From Sphagnum compactum (lineage: Eukaryota), in NCBI GenBank assembly GCA_965153455.1, contig OZ234493.1, positions 10,778,213 through 10,842,212 on the forward strand: a DNA stretch of 64,000 nt, read 5' to 3'. Shown here piece after piece: positions 41,745-54,208 of this stretch; positions within the stretch are counted from its first letter, which is position 1, and each line of letters starts with the position of its first letter. The translations under genes and the position numbers were made by a program. The notes below the pieces were generated by a model. That model was not told where the DNA came from. It did no database searches and saw nothing but the letters and a program-made list of their open reading frames with translations.

Positions 41745-44700
41745 AAGAGTGACTCAATAAGTGCATGCACAAATTAAGCAAGGACCAATCTCAAACAAAA
41801 TGAGAAAAAATGGTGGAACATAGTAGATAAAACAAAATGATAGGGAAAAATATGCAAATGATTAATCATTTGCTCAAGCTCCTTGAGAATGGAGGAGAAA
41901 ATTGTGCCAAAAAATAGCAAAAGTGACATAGAACTTTCACCTTTGTAGCACAAAATGCATTAACAATAGCAAGTAGTTTTTATTAAAAAAAAAGTTATAC
42001 AAAGTTTTCAAAACACAAAATGGACCAACAAGAATGGCCAATAGAAAAAAAATGACAATATTTTTGCCACTCATGACATGGGAGGCACCATCTTCAAGAA
42101 GTCCAAAAAAAAAAAAACTCTCACTTCCCACAACACAAAAAGAAAAATACAAAGTTGAAAAGCTTGAGTATTTGGTAACCCTAAAAGTTCATGAAAAAAA
42201 GAAAAAGATAAAACAAGAAAAGTTCATATTCTTGGGGCAAGGAAGGGTTTTTTAACGCCTTAGTATAGGATTTTCAACAACATGAAAGCAATCAAAAATT
42301 CTAAAAGGGTCTATCTTTTAAACCTTTCTCCTATAATAAACTTATATATTTCAAGCACTCGGAAAATTTTCTTTGCTAATTATTTGGAAGGTGTCACCCT
42401 ACTTTTGTGAATATCCTTCCATGAAAAAAAAGGAAGGATCTTATGCCTATGATTTAGGAGTGGGAAGGACTTTGCGCTTTTAATTTGTAGGCCTATTTAT
42501 AAGGTCCTTCCTAAGCATAAGATCCTTCCCATTTTTTAAATAATAAGCATATGATCCTCACCTTGTGATCCATGTATGTTTAGACAAGTATCATAAGGTT
42601 TGCTTTCTACTTTGTAGAAAGGTAAGGACGATAGTTGGAGGATGTAAATCCAAAGCTTTTTTAAGCATACCTATTAAAAAGCAATAAGTCAAACATTAAA
42701 TGAGTCCCCTTTATATATATATATATATATATATATAAACAAGTCAAATCTTCAACAATGTTATAACAATTACAAAATTCTTGAATTGTGCATAATTGGA
42801 GCAATTCAATATATTTCACTAATCATCACTTATGGAAATTACACTATCATACTTGCTATTGAAAAATAACTATTTTTTATTGAAATCATTTGGCATATGA
42901 TTATGATTATGATAAATTTTTGAAATATATATATAGATTTCCAATATTTTGAGAAGTTGAATGAAATGTTAAAGTTGTCTTTCAAAATTAATCCATTCTT
43001 GAAATATTTATATCTTTCATTTCCATTACATTGCAATTGTGTTTTCTTTTTGTGTAATAGGGTATGGACAACTTTTGTAGTTCAAAGTATCATAATTGAA
43101 AGCTTGTGAACAACAACATATACATAATTTTTATTTTGTTAGTTAGTTTTGCAAATTGGATTTTGATGCGACAACTTCTTTTGACAATGTGCACTTCATT
43201 TAATTCACACCTATTGCATTCGCAAATTTCTACACCTATTTGCACACTTTTGTCAAGTTTTGCAAAACATTGCAATGTACATATTCTTGAAGCTTTGAAA
43301 TAATAAACCTTTTGCAATCAAAATGGTAGCTAGCAAATAATAGAAAATGATTGATTCCATATTTGATGAAGTGGACAAGAAAAAATGTTTGTTGAAGCTC
43401 ATAGCTTCCAATGCTATAAAAATATGTTTTTCAATTTTTGAAACAAGATTACATGGAGTCAAAGATGCAATCCTATGAAAGAAATTTTGTATGATTTTGT
43501 TGCAATATAATGGATGTGTAAAATATAATAATCATTAAACATAATTAATTATTTTGTATTAAGGTCCATGAATCATACAAATTTGTGAATTTTCTATTCA
43601 TACAAGACAAATATAACACAAATGCTAATCTTCTTAATAATTAAAACAACACAAAGCTTTGAATACTGTAAGCGAAATTTATGGTGATTACAAGTTCAAT
43701 TGATCCCAATTTCATAATGTGAGCTTTCTTACATTGTATTTCTAACTCATGTGAATTTTGTAATGTCTTATTTGATAATTTAGACTTTCAAGTTTTAATG
43801 TTCTTTACAAGTGCCAACGAACTTTTTGAAAACAATTCCCATGTCACTATTCGATTTACATCTTTTTCTTAAGGCAAAAAATTGCTAGAAATCTTTGGCA
43901 AACTTGTTACAATTGTATGATCCCTTTGAAACCCAACATTTGGTTTCACATGGAAATAAAAATTTACAAGTTGTGCTTGAAGTAGATTACAAAGGTGCAC
44001 TCCTAGTTTCATTTTCACTCTATTGCTATTCACCTTATTTTTGTTGATCAATGTTTAATTAGATCTCGTGCTTGCATGCCCCTAATAGGAATTGTTTTTT
44101 GGTGCCATCCAATTTCTATTGTGCTTTCAAGAATTTGGTTCATCATATCAAACTAGACCCAACATAACACACTTCTCATACCTTCTTTTGGTAATACCCT
44201 TTTCTATTTTCTTTTTGTGGTCATATTCAACTTGTTTATACAACCTTGGGTTGTAGTCCTAACACCTCTATTGGAAATATGTGCAACACATTTCCTTTGA
44301 TTTATTTTTTCAAATCCTTTCTTTGAAATTGGGGGCAATAGGGTTTAAAGGAAAGAAGATGAAGATAAAGGAGGGAAGGGGGGAGGTAGGAGGAAGGTGA
44401 GAAGGTAGGAAAGAATTGTTGACCAAAAAATCTACAACATGAACGAAACAAGACTTCAAGTAAACATCAATTAAGAAGTATTCCACATGCATGAAAAATT
44501 GTTCACACACAATTCATGATGTTTTTGATCGAATCTTCAAAAACAAATGAATTGTACTACAAGCGAATAAAATTCTGTTTGTGGATGAAGTTTATTGTGT
44601 ATGATGGGCCTTATGGAAACTTGATGATAGATAAAACTTTGTTCATGGATCAAAGTAACCATATGGATGAACTTTAACAACATGGATCAAATTGAACTTC

Positions 44701-45386
44701 CGAACTAAAATCAACCCACAAAGGTAAAACATTTGATGACAAAAAATTTAAAAGACAAAGAGACATTTGAAATCACACTTAGTTGGCAAACTTTGTATCA
44801 TTCTTCTTGCTATAAATTCTTCTTCACTTCTACTACTCATTGACTCTTTGAAGTAATCTGATCTCCTGTCCAGATTACTTTTGGGAGTGTTCACATGTTG
44901 GATGTCTACTGAAGGAAAAAAAAGGGGCCACAATTCTTTTCTTCTGTAAGCCTGACTAGAAGAGCTAGCTCCAATCTAATAAATTGGCTTCTTCCTTTTC
45001 CATGTGGAAAACCAAGAGAAAAACCAAAAACAATCACCACCCAACTACCACAACTAGTTGAAGCTTCTTCTAAAGCTCTTCTTATGATTAGTATTATGTA
45101 ATGCTGTACAAACTTCAAGTTCCCCAAGATATCGTTGCTGAGACTCTCAATTTCATGCCTTTCACAAAATAATTGAAAAATCAAACACTGGCAATATCAT
45201 CCCATCAAAAACAATCAAGCCAACAGCAATGGACAATTGCTTACCAAACCCATAATTTTTTTATAAAAATAAATAAATAAATAAAACAAAGAAAAAGAAA
45301 GCAAAACAGAGAGAGAACGAAAGATGGTTGCCTGAACATTCAGAGAGTATGTGTTGCAGGTATCACACAAGCAAGGGAGAATGATA

Positions 45387-47579
45387 CTAACTCAATTTAA
45401 TATTGCGAAGGAATTCAGCTGCCTTCTCAGGTCCGACCGGATTGATGTAACAGCCACTACCAAGTTCAAATCCACCAAGAGTGACAAGATGGGGCACGAG
45501 TCGAAGATACCAGTGATAATATGGTAGGTCCCAGTTTGCTGCATCAAGAGGCGCTGTCTGAATCACATAATTGAAAGGTGGTTGAGAAAATGCAACATCC
45601 ATCTTCTTCAAGATCAACTTCAATATTGCTGCCATACTTTGTAGCTGCACAGTTTCCAAGCACACTCCCACATCAGATCCAGACATCATTCAGTACACTA
45701 GTTGACATATAACCAACCAGTCCATCCCAAGTGCTCCCAGATCAGATCTGGACATCATTCAGTACTCACTTTGACTCATCACCAACCCACTGTATTGATT
45801 GCAGGAAACAGAAAAAAAGAAGCATTAAATTCAAGGCATGGGAGCTAAGATTCACAGTCTACATTTCAATTTGTTGCAGGTGGTTCAGAATCACTACTAG
45901 GTTATATACTACTACATGCTATACCCATTATAGCCAACTGAGATGAATGAAATCAGTCATGCAAATCAGAGGAACCTACGAGTAAGAAGGGACTTAGTCT
46001 GAATAATAATTTTCTTGGAGCTGACCTCATCCTCATCAACTGATTCGTAGTTGGAAGAATGTCGCTTTGGGATCAACCAGACCTCGTATGGAAATCGCGG
46101 TGCATATGGACTCAAAGTTATAAACTGTTCATTCTCATCAATGATGCGGATCTTGCTTACAGTTTCATGTGCCACAATATCACAGAAAATGCAGCGTTCA
46201 CCATGTGTATCATAGTACTCTTTCGCACCGCGCAACTCATCCTCGGTATTGTGGGTTATGATGGGCAGTGCGAGGATTTGGCTATGCGAATGTGTCATTG
46301 ATGCTCCTGCCCTATTACCCCTGTTCTTAAACACCTAAATAATATACATACCCACACATAACACCAGCACATTAAATGAAATAATGATGTAAAAGAGCCA
46401 AGCAACATCATGGCACCACCATGCAACCATGAATACGTGCAGAAGACAAGAGACTTGAAAAAAGAGAGAAACATCTCTGTACAATGAGAGAAAAAAACAT
46501 GTACAAATCTTTGTCTTCTTCTTCACCTGGCAGAATTTGAAGCGAGAATCCTTTCTGAAACATTTCATGCGTTCTTGATATGCCTTCAGCACCTGCAACA
46601 ATGTTCAATCCTCAACCACAACACAGAGAGACAGAGACAGAGACAGAGACAGAGTACTTCAAATCGAAGGAGAAGAACACAAAAACCAATAGTGACTAAA
46701 CAGTTCTAATGCTCACAAAAAAGAAATTTCTGTTTTCTGAGAAAACCTAATACAAGAGACAACTACAGAAAATGCTTCTCTGAACATCATGATGATGGCA
46801 TGCTCATCATCATCCCTTCAAGATCTCCATGTCCGATGAGACACAAGAGATGTCCAAAGAAACAAACAAGTCCATAAACAACATCCAGGAAACACATGCT
46901 GAAGTTTCAAGAGGGGAATTCTCTGCTGGCAGAAGAGAAAGAAAGACTCTTCTCTTGCAACAATCACAGTGCTCCCTCCTCCTGTGCATGAATCAGCTTG
47001 CTTCCTTTTTTTGGGGATCTTTGTTGCTGCCAGTGAGTGTCCAAGAGACTCTTGAGCTTTTCTCTCTCTTCTCCTACAACATCAAGAATCCTGGAACAAC
47101 AAAGGGATTGGAAGAAGAGTGGTGATGGTGATGAAGAAGAAGAAGAAGAAGAAGAAGAGAGAATGGGTCTGGCTTACATCACAGATATGGGAGACGGGCA
47201 GATCAACAAAAGGAGTGTCATGGTTGGGAGTCTCGATGACCACTTCATGAGAGCCGAAAGCAGGCAGACGGCACTCGCCGAACACAGTTCCTTCTCCAAC
47301 AGCAGAACCGCAAGCAATATCTTGAGACACGGCTGGAAACTTGTTGACAATGACACGCACCCGCCAGTCGGAAGCATTCGGTTCTCCTCCTTCTCTCACA
47401 GCAAAGGTCTCTGGACCTGTTCCTTCCTCAAACCCAGGACAGAATGCGCAGGGCCCTTGTTTGATATCCTCTTCTTCTTTGCTGCTATGTGTTCTCTTGA
47501 AGTCCGATGGTCTTTTGGCTCTCTTGTCGGAGATGATCACCCATCTTTGTACCAGTGGATCTCTCCTCAGCTCAGACAT
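45387..47579 (-). CDS. GalT-family nucleotidyltransferase, ADP-glucose phosphorylase-like; exons 47579-47178, 46592-46527, 46334-46026, 45644-45387
   Basis: ELRRDPLVQRWVIIS..RAKRPSDF, CAFCPGFE, WRVRVIVNKFPA, GSHEVVIETP, FKN..AGASMTHSHSQ (HxHxQ catalytic motif), GFELGSGCYINPV.PE. Confidence 0.92.
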
Positions 47580-49203
47580 TCTGCTTCCGAAATTCTGGAC
47601 CAATTTTTCGTCTCCGAAGAAGCTATTCTTTTGCTACCCAATTCCTAAAACTGGCGATGGATGTACAACAACCTAGTTCCAAAATATCGCGAGTGGGTCC
47701 ACCCATGAATTCTCGTTGTGCTTCTTCTTCTTCTTCTTCTTCTTCCCGACTGGACTTGTAGCTTCTTGGACTCGCTGGCAACCACAAAGGGTGGGTCCAG
47801 GTGAGCGAGTTGGGGACGCGTGTTGGGATGTGTGCGAGTTTCCAGCGCAGCTTCCCAACTCTTTGGATTCTTCCACAGCTGCGGATTCTTGCCACATGTT
47901 GAACAACAACGCAAAAGGGAAATGCAAAGAAAACGCAAACCCAAATGTTCCAGACACGTACTTGAAAGGGCTTCGGTCATCGCTCCAGGCATGCCGCATA
48001 CCTCTGTCTCTCCGTCTACCTGGTGTGACGAGCCGAAAACTACCCACACGAAAACCTTATGCGTGTGTACACAGATGTTGGGTGGGAGAGCTGAAGCACC
48101 TCTCGAAGGGATTCTTCTTCTTCATCATCAACCCATTTTCTCATTTTTAGCATCCATCACTCACATAACCCTTCTTCTTTTTGCTGGTCTGTCTTAAGAG
48201 GAAATTCTTCAGCTCCACCCAGCACCTGTTGGGAGCATGCTCGATAGAGAATCATCACACTTGTGCGGCATTCACATCAGTGAGCTTCAAAAAGCAGGGC
48301 AGAGAGACAATAAAGCTTGCTCTTTAGAGGTTTTGTCCCCTCAACATGATGTCCAGATCAAACAAGAACAGAGAGACAAAGCTTGCTCTTGAGAGGTTTA
48401 GGGTTTAGGACAAAGCTTTGCTCTTGAGAGGTTTGTGTTCTCAACAATTGCAGATCAAACAAGAACAATGCCAAACTTTCAGATTGAATCCAGTAGCAGG
48501 GTGGGATGGATGGACATGCATTTGCCCTTCTTTCAGGGAGAGAACAAGCTGCACAGACAGACAGACAGAGACAGACCTAATGTTACTTCTTCTAGGACAT
48601 CTACAACAAAAGCCATCATTCACGAAACAGTTGCAACAGACACTTCAACAACATAAGAGAGTAGATAGAGACGATCATCACATCTTTGCATCTATCAATG
48701 ATTCTTCTTCATGCAAATTGTTAAGTTGTTATTTACAGGATTGGAACCCTCTAAAAAGATTGCTTTTTTGCTTCACAGACATATATACAGAACCTGAATC
48801 CCTAATATCCTGAAAGATTAAACACCATCCAGCAGATCAAAATCTTAACCAAACCAGACTGCCCTTTCCCTTTGCACTCGATGCAGATTTGAGCTTCAAA
48901 CAATTGCCAGAACAATGCTAACATGCATATCCATTATGGAGAAGCTTGAAAGTGAAGGATTGGATTTTACAAGGCTGGCAATCCAGCAAGCCTTCGCCCA
49001 CCTCTTCACTCATGCATCTTCTTCTATTTTTGCAACACATTCTGCAGAGCTTGCTCCCAGAATGCAAATCCTTTGGCATCCAAAAATGACAATGCAATCA
49101 AATTGATTTGGAGGGTGCCATGTGTGACTGGTGTGGCAGTCTGATGGTATTCTGGAAAAGCATGATGGTCTGTTGTCATGTGAAGGGAAGATGGCAGCAG
49201 CGA

Positions 49204-51724
49204 TCACGTCATGTGTGTATAGATGGCCTCAACTCTCTCAATGCTTGCATACAGGTGCCCAAGATTCATCCCCATGACAGGCTCTCCGGTCCCCAATGCC
49301 CTGCTCAACAATGCACACATATCAAACCAGGCACATAAATGCTTGCAGATCAATAGCATTCAAAATGGACAAACAAGCAGAGCCTGCCACGCTTTGACAA
49401 CCTTGTTTTGGCCTGCAAGAAGATGGGAAGGAAAACGTCTGTACAGAGCTATCTTCTAAAACCTTGTATGCGGGTCTCCTTGAATATCCATTCTTTTCAC
49501 AATCACTGCTTTGAGTTAAGACTTTTTGTCTGAGGCCTGCTGCTGCTGCAAGCAGGCAACATTTTCCATCAAACAATTTGGGTACCTCTAGAAACAATCA
49601 ACAACCAATCAGTTTAGCAGGACAAAAGAGGCAACTTCAGAGAAGAAGCAGAGGCAGTTAGTTACCCATGCATGTCAGGGAGTTCATATTGAGCATTCCA
49701 GCCAACACGAACATCGAATCCAGGGAAGATGGGCAGAAGAGTTTTATGGTGAATTTCTGATATGCTTGCTGGTCCAAAGGATGATGTCAACTTCCATTTC
49801 CAGCCCGTTGTATGTTGGTGGAAGTCATGCCCTATCCCTACCTGCATACAAAAGAGGCAGAAGTCATTGTCTACAAGAGCTGACATAGCAGTTCTCCAGT
49901 GTGTGTACCTATCATACGTTTGCATATGTGGACTCATGGTGGTGAGTAGTGTTCAATTTTGTGATGCACAAAACCAAGTGATACATTTGAGAAATTCACC
50001 TCTTACAGGCAGCAAATGCACTGCTAGAGAAAGTCTCCTAAGATGATGAACCTGAATAGTAGTACCATGTTGCAAGGACAACCATCCCCTTTGACACTAG
50101 GAAACCAAGGAATGCCAAGAAACCACTTGCATGGGAGAGTCACAATGGGAGAGTCAAACAGCACAATCTCTCTGGTCCTCATCCAATGAAGTTAAGAACA
50201 AAAATTCCATTTTCCATGTCTGTGCATGTTTCCCTTTGGAGCACCTAACTACAAATGGGGAGAAGGGCAGGTTAGAGTAAACCTGAAGACTGAGGAGAGG
50301 ACCAAGAGGAATCTTCTTCGTGAGCAAGCGCAAGTCACCATGCTTCGGTTCACAAATAATCTTCCACTTGCTGTCAGCAGACACAGGTTTGAAAACTATT
50401 TTTGTGTTGCTTCGATTTACCTGCACACCATTGAACTGACCATATCGCTGTCACCCTTTTCTCCCTCACCACCTTTCTTCATTCTCTCTTTTCACAAGGC
50501 ACCAACTGCCCACAACTCTGTGTTCAAGTCCATGTTAACTGACAGACCAACAAAGCCCATAAAAAACACAAAAACACTTAAACATGAGAAAAACAGAAAA
50601 AATATCCAGAAACCACCAACACATGGCGGCAGTCAAAAAAAACAGTTCAAAAGATACCTCAAAATTGACACCCAGCTGAAATCCTTCCACATGCTGCCGG
50701 AACTTCATGAAAAATTCCTTTGGCATCCAATCAATGCTGCAAAAGTCTTCAAATGAAGAAGTGACATCTCCTCCTTCACTGACTCTTGCTTGCGTGCTGC
50801 TGACTTGATCATGTCCATGCAGATATGGCTGCGTATGCATTTCTGATCCAGAAGCTATGGCAGACCTTCTTGCATGACTGACTCCATGAAAACCAAGTTC
50901 CTGGAAAGTATGCACATCTACTACACATCAGTTGCTTTTTCTGACAGAAAGCAAAGAACACGGGACAAGATCTAATGGGTATACTGGCGATAGTATTTGT
51001 TCTCCTCTCTCATCTGCCATGCCCAGTTTTGTTACCAGAAGAACCGATCTAAACCACATCACATTCTCTCTTCTGAACAGATCTAGTTCTTCACCAATAG
51101 TACAACAACTCTTCGAAAGCTTGGGAACTTTATGATATCCTTTGCATATTATTCATGCATGCATGCATCACCAGATCAATAACCAGAAAAAAGACACTCA
51201 CCTGCTGTGGTGTTGATGTGGGCAAAAGATCGCCATTGCTTCCATAAGCTGGTCCAGACTTATTCAGTGCTCGAGAAACATCCCACAGACGCTCTTTTAC
51301 AGAACCAAACAATGCAGCTATGTGATTTCCTCCTCTGCCTGTTCTGGGTGTTTGCACCTGCTGTGAACTGCCACACAAACAAGAAGCAACACATCTCAAG
51401 AACATCAATGCCAAAAAGCAAAGCAAAAACAACAGCATCCCTGTTTACTTGCACTACTGATTCCTTTCCTTTTTCCTTAAGATGTCAAACCCTAGGAACA
51501 ACAACATGTCAGACTCAGCAAAGCTTCCAAGCCTTGAGAGTTGGGAGAGAAAGGAAGGAAGGGATGGGAGGGGGTGGGGATCATCATCATCATCATCATC
51601 ACCTGGCAGAGGTTGAAGAGAATGAGGAGGAGGATGTTGCATGATTCTGCAGGTCTTCAAGAGGCTGCATATGTTGTATCCCTACTCCCTTGGCAGAAAC
51701 TCCAGAGCCTTGCTCGCCTTCCAT
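49204..51724 (-). CDS. Uncharacterised conserved plant protein, beta-strand-rich; predicted exons 51724-51603, 51334-51202, 50900-50658, 50435-50283, 49841-49666, 49300-49204 (~307 aa; 5' exons tentative)
   Basis: Spliced frame gives ...MPKEFFMKFRQHVEGFQLGVNFE-FNGVQVNRSNTKIVFKP...WKIICEPKHGDLRLLTKKIPL...LQVGIGHDF...GWKWKLT...VGWNAQYELPDMHGALGTGEP...IERVEAIYTH*. Intron phases are consistent. It resembles a plant hypothetical family recalled from memory. Confidence 0.75.
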
Positions 51725-54208
51725 TCAACTCGCTGAAGACTCTTTGAGAGACCAGAGTGACCAGAGAAGAGGGTTTCTGGCACAAGATCCTCAGGAAGAT
51801 TCGGAGCGAGAATGCTCAGAAAGCATGAAATGGGTGGTACTTCAGAAGCATCCACCGGAGAGAGAGAAGAGGAGAGAGAGAAGAGGGGAGAAAGAGAGAG
51901 AGAGAGAGAGGATCTTGAAAGCTAATCAACCACCCACAACAAGTGTTGCTCTGTGCGACAAAGGCTCAAATGCTTTACCAAGTCCTCCTCCGACTTAACC
52001 TAAAAGATTGCAGACCCTTTTGTCCGGTTTACGAGGAGGAAGGAGTGTGTTTCTTGCTTGCTCACCTCTTCATCATCTTACATGTTTCTTTCTAGACATG
52101 AGGTACATCAGAGGATTGCTCATCAATGTCGTGGAGATGGTGTTGTTGCAAGAAACTCGGGAGCCCAAATTCTGTTTGTCAGTTTTGCTGCTTCTCTCTC
52201 TCTCGCTCTCTCTCTCTCTCTCATATTCAATTAGGTTTACCACCTTTCTGTTGTCTCTTGAATCATATCTGAAAAATCACTTCCAGATGTGGGTGATGAT
52301 GGTGAAGAACTACAGATTCAGATGTGCATCCAAGTTATGTCTCTTTCCTTCCTTCATTGTTTTTTATTACTCATGTTAGTTGGCATACTTGTTTCTCCAG
52401 CTTCAATTCAAAGGCAGACAACACACCCTTGTGCAAACCCTATTGGTTGTTTTTGCTTACTTGCTTTGAATTCTTCTTGCATTTCGACGAAGAACGTAGA
52501 AATTGCAATTGTTCTTTTGCTGAAATTGCAGAAGTCTGTGCGCAAAATCCGACCTTCTTGTGTAAATGATAAATAGGTGTGTGAGCAGAGGAGGTTCATG
52601 TAGTATGTGGGATAGCAGAGAAGTGCAGAAAACTCTGTGGGATCAAGTTTGCAGAGAAGTGGCAGAAACAAACTCTGCAGGATCCAGTTTGCAGACAAGT
52701 GGCAGAAACTCTGTGGAATTGAGTTTGCACATTTGATGCAACAACAAAGAGGTAAGATTCTTTACACCATCTGTATGCCAATTCTTCAACAGATGGAAAT
52801 ATGTATTTCTTGTCTCTTGCTGCTGCTACTTTATGCTAGACTCTGGTCGGTCAACCAGCTGCCACCCTCAACATTCTCACGGTCAACTAGTTCCCAAAGT
52901 CACATAGATAAAAGCCTCTGAAATCTGTGGCAACAACTTTTGCAATGCAGTTGAAGGCCCTTGGAAAGTCACTCACCTTGTCCCCTTGACTTCCAAATTG
53001 CAGAACCTGTGCTAGTGGACTCCTTCCTGTCAGGGTGAATCTTGAGAACACTGCTGGTGCAATGGACAGACATTAGTGTATATTTAGTCTTCAATGGAAA
53101 AACGTTTGACATTGCTCTTGTGAGATTTCTGCTTTCTGGAAAGGATAGGGATTGGTGTATGGATAGATACCAGGCAGCTCCAGTAACCTGGAACATCATC
53201 AGTCTGCCTGAGAAAAAAGCAACATCATCCTCCAAACTTGCCAATCTTTCAGCATGTTAAAAAAAAACTTGGTTTTCCAAAGTTGGTTGCCAGCTACTGA
53301 CTTAATGGATACACTACCACATCACATGTTGCTGCACAATTGATATCAGTGACTCTTTGGTTTACTTAGATGTCTCTTCTGCCCTAGGTCACATGTACCT
53401 GGTACATTTTGACAATCCACGACTTGAGAATCAAGTGCTCAACATATCTGCCAACCAGCACTCAATTGCAACCAAACAGGATCAACTTCCCCAAACAAAA
53501 TAATGTACCAATAGTGCCTACAACCCAAGACATTTTGTTTCAAGCTGCAGCTTTCATTTTCTGTATATTAACAGTACAGTTCTACAAATATCAATTTCAA
53601 TAGCACAGGGAAATTGTCCCCCACAACAACACAACAATGAAGGAGAGTATGTAGATGAACGCTAGATGCTTTCACAATCTCCTGGAGCAGTTTAAAAAGT
53701 GGAACCTGTTAAGTATTCAGACCTCCTCCTGCAGAACCAACTCTTCCCTGTGTCTTGGTATCTTTTGCTTGCTGCACAGGAGATGGACAATCTCCAGCTC
53801 CAGGGTAGTAGTAGTAGTCATGTCATGTTGAATAGATTGCATGAACATTGCAGGTATCAATGTATCATTATTATATCCCCATGTGCATTATTAGAGGGGC
53901 AAGAAGCAGATTATGAGACCAGGTTGTGGTCTCATGGTCATGGAACTAAATGTGGTGATCATTACCCTTACACACTGTCTTGACATGTGAGGGAAAGTGG
54001 ATTGACCCACATCAGTAAAAAGTGGCATCATGGGTCTTGTGTCTATGATCAAACTAAATGGTAGTCTAAAACCAAAGTCCTTGTAACAATTCTCTCAATT
54101 CGACTTCTAGTAGATCTTACTGGTACATGTGGAGACGGGCACAGACACAGATGCCACTTCAACCTTGACCATGATCACATCCAATAGATTAGAGAAAGAT
54201 GGGAAAGG

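Noticed and set aside
52969-53244. VTGAAWYLSI resembling a cyclic-nucleotide-gated channel segment
   Set aside because: The match is too short and no other CNGC motifs were found nearby.
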